Below, one piece after another: positions 53,111 to 63,460 of a stretch of DNA of 64,000 nt. The number at the start of each line of letters is the position of its first letter. The first letter of the stretch is position 1. A model generated the notes under the pieces. That model had not been told where the DNA came from. It ran no database searches and was given only the letters and a program-made list of their open reading frames with translations. Position numbers and translations under genes: made by a program. The stretch covers positions 496,001 to 560,000 of the forward strand of contig CBFFSA010000008.1 of the NCBI GenBank assembly GCA_965644495.1, in the 5' to 3' direction. The stretch comes from Perkinsela sp. CCAP 1560/9. Taxonomy: Eukaryota; Protista; Euglenozoa: Kinetoplastea.

Positions 53111-53306
53111 AAAAAAAACGTTTTGTTGTATGATTTATGTGTTTTGAACGTGAGATTACTCGAATGCCAAAGGAATTATTTCAAAAGCTCACATGATGCA
53201 AAATTTATACCCCCCGACTTTTTGATGACTCTCCTGCATATCCTATGTTTGAAGTGGGTCCGTGGGTCCGGGACCCGGGTCCGGACCCAAGGACCCAAAA
53301 AAGGTA

Positions 53307-55559
53307 AACCGGGGGACGGAATAATATTAAGATGCGGTTTATTATTAAGTTGCGGTTTATTATTAAGTTAGACAAGTTATTATTAAGCTAGACAGGTTAT
53401 TATTAAGCTGGACAAGTTATTATTAAGTTGTCAAGTTATTATTAAGTTTGTGTTTTTCGATGGGAGAAGGAGATTTTTTCGCCGAAAGTTTGACCCTTCA
53501 TAGATTGGCTCAGGCAGAGTGTGACCCAACCTACGTTCAGGAAAACGATGAGATTATGTCCCTTGAGGATGATGAAGGGGTAGAAATGCTTGATGACTCG
53601 TCGGACGTAATTGGTAGCGGAAGCGATGGAGAAAGTGAAAGTGCTAGCGAGAGCGAAAGTGAAAGCAATTGTGAAAGCGAATGTGAAAGTGTGAATTCAA
53701 GCGAAGAAGAAATAGGATATAATGTTGAAAGTGCGAGCGAAAGTAAAATTAAGAGTAATTCAACTTCGGATGATGAAGATAACGGAGCGGAGCTGACTGT
53801 TGGAGGGAAAGACAAGAACGAGCGCAAAAAACAACATTGCGTAGTATATACGGGGCGTCATATAGACCAGGGTGTGCGCGGTCGAGTGGAACCCACGGCT
53901 AGACAAAAGCGTGTAATATATGAGAAGTGGATTTCCTGGTCGCAACAAGATCGAGATGCTTATGGATCACTCCGCAAGTTAAACTCTTGGATCGACAAGC
54001 GATTCCCTAAGAAACGTGTCCACATTTTTAACAAAAAGCAAGTTATGGCATACTCTAAAATTCCTAGGCATAGTCAAAAGCGTAAAAGGCATGTAAAGGG
54101 GCATAAACTGAAATGGTTAAAACAACAATTGCATTATTTTATTCTTGGAGCTCGAGAGAACGATGCTTTGATAACAACCGAGATGGTGCGCCAAGAGGCA
54201 TTTCGCATGCTGAAAAAGGAAAACCGCAAATCACCAGAGCAGAACAAAGCACGGGGAATTACAAGAGTAAGCGAACGTTGGATAGGGAGATTCCTCCACT
54301 CTTACAAATGGTCTATAAGATTAGTAAAGAGATCAACTCAGCTATCAAGTGAAGAGATAAATAAAAGAATTCATTCCTTTCATACGTTTGCCTATCGTTG
54401 TCTTAAAACAAAAAAGTTTCGTTCCGTTCTGAATTTTGATGAAATTCCCATATCATTTCGCGGGTCCATGAAATCTTTAAAAACAATTGCGCAGCGAGGA
54501 GAAGAAGATGTACGAGGGCGTTGCAATCCGAATGATATGAAGCGATGCGCAACGCTTATCTGCGGTGCTGGCGTGAAACTGGATAAAAATGGAAGTCCAA
54601 CGAGTCATTTCTTTCTAAAACCTTTTATCGTGTGGAAAGGAGCTGGAAAAGGATCTAGTCACGAGATATTTGATGCAAGGACGGCTCGAGCTTTTACTCC
54701 GAAAGGTGTCGTGAACAAAGATTTTTTTCTCCAAGACTTTATTCCCTTTCTCAAACGTGAACTGGATATAAATGACGCAGGCCACACTTTAATTTATCTA
54801 GACTCCTGCCGATCTCACATAACAAGTGACGTTCTCGATGCGTTTGCCACTGTGGCTAACTGCTATTGTGCCATATTACCCCCTGCAACAACATCCTGGA
54901 TCCAATGGATTGATGTATTTTATGCTTCTTCGTACAAACGCGAGCAAGTAAACATTTGGCACAGAGAACAACATATCCGTCGGACCGCCCGCCAAAAAAG
55001 ACAATGGATGCATAATGCCGTTGCCCGAGCGCACGAACAAGTTATAAATCTCGACAACGACTCTCTTGATGAATCAGGGACCCTTTCCTCTTCTATGAAC
55101 GTTGTTCAACAATTCAAAAGCTTGGGGTATATCGACCCTTGTGATGCATCGTGGTCGCATGTGAAATGTTTAGAAGGATATGTCTTTGTTACACCAAGCG
55201 ATGACGATGAGAGAGACGAAGCTAAGAGAATCGAAGATGCCTTTTGAGCGTGGGAAAAGCGTCCAGGCACGAAAATCATTCCAAGGACGGCTCGATAAAT
55301 GGTGTAACCCACGACGCTCCACCGAATAAAGGTAAAGAAAAGAAAGATTTATGAAGTTTATGAAGTCGGGTAAAGATTCAGATAAAAAAAATATTGTTAA
55401 AGATTGTATACATAAAAAAACAATTTGTTAATTTTATTACAAACTTAATAATAACCCGCCGACAAGTTAATATTAAGTTTCAAAACGTTGACAGGTTATT
55501 ATTAAGTTGTCAAGTTATTATTAAGTTTCAACAACTTAATATTATTACGTCCCCCGGTT
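53307..55559 (+). mobile_element. pogo-like DNA transposon, apparently complete (2253 bp)
   Basis: TA flanks; 25-bp TIR AACCGGGGGACG(G/T)AATAATATTAAG; subterminal TTATTATTAAG arrays; single long ORF. Confidence 0.92.
53460..55247 (+). CDS. pogo/CENP-B-type DDE_1 transposase (DD36D)
   Basis: CENPB-type HTH (ITTEMVRQEA...SERWIGRFL), LNFDE, YLDSCRSH, LPPATTSWIQWID; ATG at 53460. Confidence 0.9.
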   Translation: MGEGDFFAESLTLHRLAQAECDPTYVQENDEIMSLEDDEGVEMLDDSSDVIGSGSDGESESASESESESNCESECESVNSSEEEIGYNVESASESKIKSNSTSDDEDNGAELTVGGKDKNERKKQHCVVYTGRHIDQGVRGRVEPTARQKRVIYEKWISWSQQDRDAYGSLRKLNSWIDKRFPKKRVHIFNKKQVMAYSKIPRHSQKRKRHVKGHKLKWLKQQLHYFILGARENDALITTEMVRQEAFRMLKKENRKSPEQNKARGITRVSERWIGRFLHSYKWSIRLVKRSTQLSSEEINKRIHSFHTFAYRCLKTKKFRSVLNFDEIPISFRGSMKSLKTIAQRGEEDVRGRCNPNDMKRCATLICGAGVKLDKNGSPTSHFFLKPFIVWKGAGKGSSHEIFDARTARAFTPKGVVNKDFFLQDFIPFLKRELDINDAGHTLIYLDSCRSHITSDVLDAFATVANCYCAILPPATTSWIQWIDVFYASSYKREQVNIWHREQHIRRTARQKRQWMHNAVARAHEQVINLDNDSLDESGTLSSSMNVVQQFKSLGYIDPCDASWSHVKCLEGYVFVTPSDDDERDEAKRIEDAF

Positions 55560-55838
55560 TATAATGTCTAATGTATATCTGTCTGCCCTCATAATGTACA
55601 CATGTATCTCATAAGTGACAAGGGTCTCTCAATCCGACCACACGCACACGCACAAATTTTAAAATATCTCTTTTGATGGATGCCAACGACCGCCTCGGCT
55701 GCAAAGCAATGTTCTACGGCAGCTTACCCTGCGCAATGAGCAAACATAATCGAAATTGATCAATGATGTTTTTGTTTGACGTGAAAAATGGACTAAAATC
55801 AGAAACAATATGCGTCATTGCGCACCACTGTAATACTA

Positions 55839-57385
55839 CAGTCCAGGTATTGGTTTCCCCCAGGCTCCTGAGCACACCGTAAGAGCTTTTGACCTAATTC
55901 CTTCGGCATTCAACAGATCTCGAAATGGTCAAACAAATATTTTTGAATGGGGGTAAAAAATGAAAAAGTGTATGAATTCCTATATATTAATACCCACAGT
56001 GGTCTCTTTGATTGATGCACTATTCGCAAGCGTTTAGGTACTGAATTTATGCAACTTAAGACTCGGCGTCGATAAGGATGACGCTTAAGCATCATGAAGG
56101 CTTCCGGAGCTGTGTTTCAGTCTCTGGCTTCAAAATTTCTTTCACAATTCGGTCCATTAGTGACCAAACATTCTCGGTCAGATTGAGGTCAGGAGAGAGT
56201 GCTGGCCATTCCAATCGAGTAATCCCTTTTTCAAAAAGGACACGTTTTGTTTTGTTATGCGTGGCCTCACTGTTCATTTGCACAATCGCCTGTTCTCTAT
56301 TTAACTAAATATTCAAGAATACCCCACTTTTTGAAAAACACTCAACGAGAATCGTTTCGCCCTTCACGGAACTTGCATCCCTAATTTTTTTACTTTGGGA
56401 TTGGGATGAAAACAAATTCAAAAAAGAGCCGTGTTCCACACTGATTCCCATCCATACCATGAAACCTTTACCACCAAACCATCGGTTGTTTCTCCTCATT
56501 TTATTTTTGGTACATCCTTTCTTTCCGATAAAAAATCGAGAGTATGTCTTTGAACCACATGTAATTTGTTTTTTCGTCCGTCAAATTTATAGAATCTAAT
56601 TTTTCTTTGGGAAAGGACAATAAATACTCTGCTAGACTTAAGCGGGTCTCTTTGTGATGTTGTTTTAACTCGCAGCTAGGTGCTTTTGCTTGTAATACGT
56701 AATTTAATGAACGTAGAGTTTTCATTATTGTGCTTAGAGAACAATGTAAAACCTTTTTAATCATTTCGCTATGTACCCAAGGAAAGGATGGGCAGCCATC
56801 GATTGTTTTGTTAGCATCGTCAACAATTTTGACGAATACTGCCCTGAATGGGTGGGGCTTGGGTGCTAGTGGACTTTTAGACTTCCACGTAGACAGAATT
56901 TCACGGACAGTCTTTTTATCCCTGCCAAAATTTTTAGCTAAAGTATGAATCGAATTTCCTTTTTATATTGGCGGACAATTTCAAGGCGCTCTGGGAGTGC
57001 ACATCGCGACGTTTTATGGGTAATAAAACTATGGGTAATAGTCTATGGGTAATAGTCTATGGGTAATAGGGGGTGCCTTGTTTTTCGGCGAGTTGGAGTA
57101 TTGGTCTTTAGCAGATTTAACGGGGATATCCCTCAAATTCATAGAATAAGAAACCATATTTGAATAAAAAAAGTCCTAAATTTCTGAAAGATTGGAATTT
57201 TTTGGTAAAATTATGCTATTTTTCGTGTTTTTTCAAAATATTTTTGACCCAGGGGGGCGGGGGGTGATCGGCAAACAAACGGCGGGAAACGCTCCAATTT
57301 TTCGAGATCTGTTGAGTGCCGAAGGAATTAGGTCAAAAGCTCTTACGGTGTGCTCAGGAGCTTGGGGGGAAAACCAGTACGAGTG
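55839..57385 (-). mobile_element. Decayed Tc1-like transposon
   Basis: ~80-bp TIRs (CTCCTGAGCACACCGTAAGAGCTTTTGACCTAATTCCTTCGGCA); fragments with TDEK, GGKGFMVWMGIS, WPALSPDLNLTENVW; exact tips diverged. Confidence 0.88.
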
Positions 57386-57828
57386 TATTGTTGCCAAATA
57401 GTCGTCCTTCGAATCAGCGGGGGGATCTCGGGGAGACGGCAAACAGACTCTTTGCAAATTTCAAAAACAATAATAACCATCAATAAATTTTATTGGCCCT
57501 TTTATTAAAATACCTTTTTTAAGAGGGTTCCAGTGGTCCAACGAATCGTCAAAATATTAGCAAAAATTGAGGCCTCCGGAGGGGTTTGGGGGAAATACGC
57601 GACTAATTAATCTTGCAAAACTATTTTTTAGCGAAACCACAATGTGGTAGGTGAGGTGGCCGCGCGGATTTTCCATCTCCTTACCCTGGCGTGAACTCCC
57701 CTTACATACGTATAACTCCCCTTACATACGTATATTGGCAAGCAACAGGAACATTCGAAATACGGTGAAAGAAATGGTGAAAAAAATAGGTTTGTGCTGC
57801 GGCAAGATGACAAGATGACAACTACGTT

Positions 57829-58302
57829 CTACTGACTCCATGACGAAGTTACTTGCTTATATACAATTTCGTTGTACGAATCCCGATCATTGATGTATCT
57901 CTGCGCCGCATTTTTAGACGCGGGGCTATCTGCATTGGGGTCCTGCAATAACGTTTGGATGGCTAAAAGCAAAGTCAGAATATCGTAAGTTGACGTCCAC
58001 ATTCTCTGTAGTAAATCAAGGCATATTTTTCCACTCGACTGGTAAATATTTGGGTGATATGGTATGGGGTTTCCGATAAACTTAACCTTCGGTGGCTCTT
58101 GTGGATAACATACATTTCTAAAGTCAAGCTCCAAAGAAAATACCGCGTCTTCCCACACTCCATTCTCCGGGCCAAGTATACGTGCATCCCACAGGAGTAG
58201 ATTCTTTTCGTCTCTCGGCACAGCGTAAATTGCACTCGGACAGTGATCACAGGATTCCAGCGTGCGATAGTCCCGTATAAGCCGTCTATAGTTAGGCTTC
58301 AT
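57829..58302 (-). CDS. Ubiquitin-conjugating enzyme E2, Rad6/UBC2-like
   Basis: RRLIRDY, YPQEPPKVKF, YHPNIY, GKICLDLLQRMW, DPNADSPA; ATG at 58302. Confidence 0.9.
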   Translation of the reverse strand: MKPNYRRLIRDYRTLESCDHCPSAIYAVPRDEKNLLLWDARILGPENGVWEDAVFSLELDFRNVCYPQEPPKVKFIGNPIPYHPNIYQSSGKICLDLLQRMWTSTYDILTLLLAIQTLLQDPNADSPASKNAAQRYINDRDSYNEIVYKQVTSSWSQ

Positions 58303-58346
58303 ACTCAAGTTTGTACAAACGTATTACTGACCGAAAAACGGTGACG

Positions 58347-58590
58347 TGTGACAGATAACTAGGGGGGTACAGTATGTATTTTTGATTGAACAAAACTCTG
58401 ATGTAAATACAGTAAGAAACAGCATTGTACTGCAAGTTATTTTAGTAAGTGGGCAAAAATTATTTAACTGTACCCCCCCTAGTTATCTGCCGCTACTTTT
58501 CGAGAAAAGGTGACTGATAAGTAGGGGGGGGAGGTAGGAGTGTGACAGATAACTAGGGGGGCTAAAGTGTGACAGATATCTAGGGGGTCC
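58347..58590. repeat. Inverted and tandem copies of GTGTGACAGATAACTAGGGGG (probable transposon-end remnant)
   Basis: Direct copies near 58347, 58540 and 58567; inverted copy 58467-58490. Confidence 0.7.
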
Positions 58591-58756
58591 GTCGCCAAAA
58601 AAAGCGAGGGAACGAAATGATACAGAAACGGTATCTTTATTGCCTAAGAAGATTCCTTTCTACCCCAATGAGGTACTATAAGCCAAAGACATGCGCCTAC
58701 GGGTTAAAAGAAGCCCAGTTTTCAAATGTTCACATAGACTACCTTTAAATTTCTTT

Positions 58757-59623
58757 ATATTATCATTGGAGAGTCGGTAAAACAGCTTTTCTGAAGGTCG
58801 GATGTGGACTCCTGTGACCTCCAGTGACTGCCAGCGACTGTCAGTGACGGCCAAGATTGCAAGTATTTATGACAGGTACGCTTACAATTTTTTTTGTAAA
58901 AAGAGTAATCATTCAGTAAATGGTCATTGATTGTATAGCACCTTTTGTACAGCAGGTTTGAACTTTGAACTACAGTATGTAAGGAAATATTCCTATTTCC
59001 GGATGGAAAGGCGGCACAGGGCGCGAACAGGGTGACCAGGAGGGGCGCAAAGAAGTTTGCGCAGGAGGGGGGCCAGGAGGGTGGTGCTGGCAGTGGGCGG
59101 GGCGGCGAAGGAGAAAGCGAAGAGCAGGGAGCGAGGATAGGGGCGAAGGGGGGCGAAGAAGTCAACGCAGCAGGGGGGCACAGAGGGCAGCTAAGCAGGT
59201 GGCGCGGGGTGGTGAAGGCGCCGGCGACACCGGCAAGCCAGGCGGCGAAGGCGAAGGGGAGAAGGGGCATATGGGGGGGAGTATATTTTTAGGTAAACCG
59301 GGGGTCGGATCAATATCCTAATTCGGAATTAGGATATTAAGCTGAATTAGGATAATAGTGAAGGCGAATTTGGATATTAAGCTAATTAGGATATTCATCC
59401 AATTAGGATATTGATCCACCCCCCGGTTTTGATAAAAAAAGCAACAAAGTAACTAACTACAGTAGGGTTGAACTCCAGCGTTTAGCCCCTCACTTCACTT
59501 CACTTCGTCCGATTTCTAGCCATCCTGACCTCCAGTGACTGCCAGCGACTGTCAGCGATCGCCAGTGACTGTCAGCGACTGCCATCGACCTCCAGCGACT
59601 GTCTACATACTCTCCATTGAAAA
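58757..59623. mobile_element. Possible TIR element with 10-bp-period subterminal arrays
   Basis: TTATCATTGGAGAGT left vs ACTCTCCATTGAAAA right; GACCTCCAGTGACTGCCAGCGACTGTCAG at 58817 and 59527; homologous solo end at about 17470-17525. Confidence 0.45.
59296..59428. mobile_element. 133-bp MITE related to the pogo-like element
   Basis: 28-bp TIR AACCGGGGG(TC/GT)GGATCAATATCCTAATT; internal AATTAGGATA repeats. Confidence 0.85.
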
Positions 59624-60023
59624 CTTGAGACGCGTACCCATTGGTGAGTCTCTAGTTCGCAATTTTTCGTCGCAAAAAAATACTCACAGCTACTCACAGC
59701 GACTCACAGCGATCTACAGGTACTCAAAGTTTCTGCTATTCCATACAGAATTGCACTGTGTTCTAGACTTCTTGTTCAAAAGTTATTTGGTGTAAAAATA
59801 GAATTTACCTTCTCTAAATCTTTTTCTAGAAGATTTTCTTATTTATAAGTAATGTCGGTGTGCTAGCTGCTTCGTTAAAAAGCGGTAGTTGTTGGTAAAC
59901 GGGCTTCGCAAATTGCTTCCCACTAACGACGCCGTGTATGGCCCGCTCACGCGGGATCTCGCCATACCCCCCCTTCGGCTTCGCAAATTGCTTCCGACTA
60001 ACGACGCCGCTTATGGCTGAAAA

Positions 60024-60096
60024 TACATCCGCCCGGAGTCGAACCTGCGACCACCAGATTATGAACGGCAGGTCTTACCAACTGGGCTACCTGGGT
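60024..60096 (-). other. Degenerate tRNA-like sequence (CAT anticodon loop), pseudo-tRNA or SINE head
   Basis: TAGCCCAGTTGGTAA A-box, TTCATAA loop, GGTTCGACTCC B-box at tRNA spacing; acceptor and anticodon stems do not pair. Confidence 0.6.
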
Positions 60097-60269
60097 TCGA
60101 GTCCTGCGACCTACGTTTAAGCACCGTGATATGTGCCCAAATCGAGGATAGAGGGGGGGGGGCTGGGCCCCCTTTTCTCACCCTGCTGGATCCACCCTCC
60201 CCCGGACACCATAAAGAGGGGAGAGGCACAGGTTGTAAACAACCCCCGCAAGGACTGAACTACATATAC

Positions 60270-60767
60270 TACGTATACGTGCGTTTACACTGTTTTCACT
60301 GCGATAAGGTGACGCAGTTCCGTGCTCGGACTCCCTCCTTCTGCCTTGATTGCGGCAACGAGCACACCAGTGAGCAATGCACTTCACTTGTGTGCCTGTT
60401 GGATGCAACATTTGCCCCTCTTGCAATAAGCCACAAGATCATCACACCTTGGGCCCCGAAGAAGCGTGGGTTAGACCAAAAAAGAGTCCAAGAAGCATGT
60501 TGTGTCTACGAAGGGTGGACAGTATGCCAACGGAAACTGACATTCGCACTTGTGGCCCAGGTGCTCTGCATAATACAGCGGAGCTTTACTGTGGGTAAGT
60601 CGAAAGTTTATCGTCGTGCGGCAACTTCTGTTGCGGAATATTTTCGTCGTGAGCTTCCCTCTGGCAACATCCCTGTTCTGTCGAAAATGTTGCGCCGCAT
60701 GTGGGTAACGTTAAGGGAACTGCATCGAAGAGTGTTAAAGAGCAAAGGGATGAACGAATGGCAATGA
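60270..60767 (+). mobile_element. Possible LINE ORF2 C-terminal (zinc-knuckle) remnant
   Basis: CLDCGNEHTSEQ...C followed by YEGWTVCQRKLTF resembles the degenerate CCHC plus W..R...F region of L1/Tx1-type ORF2. Confidence 0.35.
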
Positions 60768-61137
60768 TACACCACCAGATAGGGCATCTGCTTGAGGGCT
60801 ACACTGTTCGGCGCGATCGTTTATATTTGGCTAAGGATGCCATTTTCAGTGGTGCAGAAACGCCGCATGACCTTTTCTGCGTTCTTTGAAGTCATTGAAA
60901 GTATTCACAGCTACTTGAAAAATACTCACAGCTACTCACAGCGAATCACAGCAGCCCACAGCGATTCACAGAAACCCGCACATATCTACAGATGAGGGGC
61001 TGCGGGTGACGTTAACCGCAGTCTCGCACGGTCTCGGCACGGCCTCACGAGGTCTCGGCGCGGTCTCGCGAGGTCTCGTAGTTGTAAAAAGGTATAATGA
61101 TATTTTAGAGATTGTCAAATAGTTTTCCTTTATAGCA

Positions 61138-61500
61138 CTGCCCCTGTCATTAATAATGATAATGATATTCTTCAAGAAAGATAATTTTTTTGAGATTATT
61201 ATCAGATTATTTTCAGAATATTATCATTATCATTATTAATGGCAGGTGTTATTATTAATGGCATAGTTTTCGACAAAAACACACGATTTTCAGCCCAAAA
61301 ATGCGAAATTTTAACCCCAATTTGGGCCGTTTTTGAAAACTTACCAGTAGTTTTTTAGTTCAAAAGACGTTTTTTTTAAGACACCAAAATTTTTGTAAGA
61401 AAATCCTGCTTGAATGAAAATAAGTTGATAATTTTTTAAGAGTCTTCACCACATAGAATGATAAGTTTTTTAAGATTATCATTATTAATGGCAGGGGGAG
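61138..61500. mobile_element. 363-bp MITE, same TIR family as 30720-31030
   Basis: CTGCCCCTGTCATTAATAATGATAAT ... ATTATCATTATTAATGGCAGGGGGAG-TA. Confidence 0.78.
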
Positions 61501-62962
61501 TATACGTCTAAGCAATTTCAATCGCAATTTCGTCTACGCAATTTCAATTGCAATAAATAGAGCGAAGTTGAACACAGACCAAGACTGATATTAAAAGATC
61601 AATAAAACTAAACCAAGTTACTTCTTTCGCTACCGCGGTTTTCTAGGTTCGTAGGGCACATAATTTATGTGTTACTTGAGCAAGTCGCGACTTGCACCAG
61701 TCTTCTCGACAACTTCGCATCCCCCACTGCACCAACATTTATTCGAATGGTCAATCTTTCGGAGAGACGCATTCACGCCAGTATCAAAGTTGTACTGCGG
61801 GTCTCCAGCCAACAGTCCGTACGCCAACACAGATACTATCTGAACAGCATCTTTGATCCGTCGAGGTGCATACATCGGGCTGAGTTCCAGGAAGCTTTGG
61901 AGATCCTGGGCAGCTTCTCCAACAAAGTAGACGGCGCGCGACCGAACATCCATAAGCAGATGCCCGCGGCGATCTCCGATGTGAAGAATGGCACGCGTAA
62001 GCAGAGAAGTTTTCGAAAAAAAACCGCAGAAAGGGTAGCCGGGGTCTTGGCACGCATTTTCCACCCCCCTACCCGGGGGTGACCCCCCTGCGGATCCGCA
62101 GGACCTCCCTGCGTATGCGCAGGACGGGTCCGCCGAGTTCGAATTTTTTCGGAAATTTTTTTTTGAAAAAAATTTTAACGTGGCGAAAAAAATGGCAAAA
62201 AAAATATTTTTCCAAAATCGTTTCCCTTATTGTATTTTGATAGTTTGGGACCTACACTAGCTTTCTCCGCAGTTGTTTTCGCAAGGTATCCCTTCTTCGA
62301 ACCGTGGTGCGCCCCTCAAAATGACCCATTCTTGACCAAAAAAGGTGAAAAAGTATTTTTCGGACCTAAAGGGGCATTTTTGTGTCGAAAGAATGGTATG
62401 GTTGGAGTCGTATTCTCTACCCAATACGTTCGGTAGGCTTCCATTCATGTCTACGAGTGATTTCCCACGCGCAAATTTCGGATTTAGTGCTCTGAGAGCA
62501 AAAATATGCGAAAATCACCCGATTTTTACCCGAAATTCGGCTATTTTTGGCTAGTACAAGCATAGTGTAGTTTTGCAGTACTAGTACAAGCATAGTAGTT
62601 TTGCATAGTACAAGCACGCAAGTATGCGAGTGCTATGTGAGACTTGAGAGAAAAACTTGGATCGTCCCATAATAAGGAGCATAGTCTGCACATTCCAGAA
62701 AATTTAATCCAAGATGAAAGCGGGCCGATAGGTGGCTTAGAAAGGGAAGTTAAAGGGGACGGCGAAGACGGTAGTGAAGGGGATAATGGAGGGATAACGA
62801 AGGGGGCTATGATGGGGATGATGAAGAGGACGATGATAGAGACGATGAAGCTAACGAGCTCCGACTCCTGCCTTCCAATTTCGTCCGTAGAACTCCACGC
62901 AAGACCATTCGCCTAAAAATAGAGCAGAAAAAGAAATACATACAGTATGTAGAAGTGAAATA

Positions 62963-63460
62963 ACCCCCCCCAATGAAACGTGACCCACCCCTTTTTTTCG
63001 TACAAGTGTCCGTTTGAGCTGATTTTTGTTGCATTTTGCAGATCTCAACACAAAGACTTTGGGCGAGAAGGAATGAAACTAAAAGAAGCGAATAAGTATA
63101 ATTTAGAGAGAGATTACCATTTTGTCACTTTTTCGCCGTTCAACTTTATACACTGTTTAAGGCGAGAGTCAAAGCTTAAGACCGTTTTGTCGCTCACTTT
63201 TTGAGGCAAAGAAGACAATTCTTTACGTACACATCGGATAAGTGAAGGCTTGTCCGATGGGGTTTGTTCGTCCACTGCCTTTTGAACCATAGACCAGACG
63301 TTTTCTATGGGGGAAAAGTCTGGTGAATTGGGGGGGCAGTTTTTCAATACATCTTTCATTCTACTTGTAATGTAGTCCTTAGAGGCATGGGCGGTGTGCC
63401 GTGGCCCCATCCTGTTGAAAAATACAATTCATGGGGAAAGTTACCCTTTTGAGCGTCTCT
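62963..63460 (-). mobile_element. 3' part of a Tc1-like transposon (parent family of 47519-48088)
   Basis: TA-ACCCCCCCCAATGAAACGTGACCCACCC TIR; FQQDGA then a frameshift to PPNSPDFSPIENVWS...RLKQCIKLNG. Confidence 0.85.

Noticed and set aside
53320-53447. Regular short repeats resembling a CRISPR array
   Set aside because: Linkers are only 7-9 nt and similar to each other, no cas genes are present, and the repeats are subterminal to a TIR transposon
60024-60096. Functional tRNA-Met
   Set aside because: Acceptor, anticodon and T stems have multiple mismatches
61669-62082. Overlapping 130-137 aa ORFs on both strands
   Set aside because: No recognisable motif and the coding strand cannot be decided
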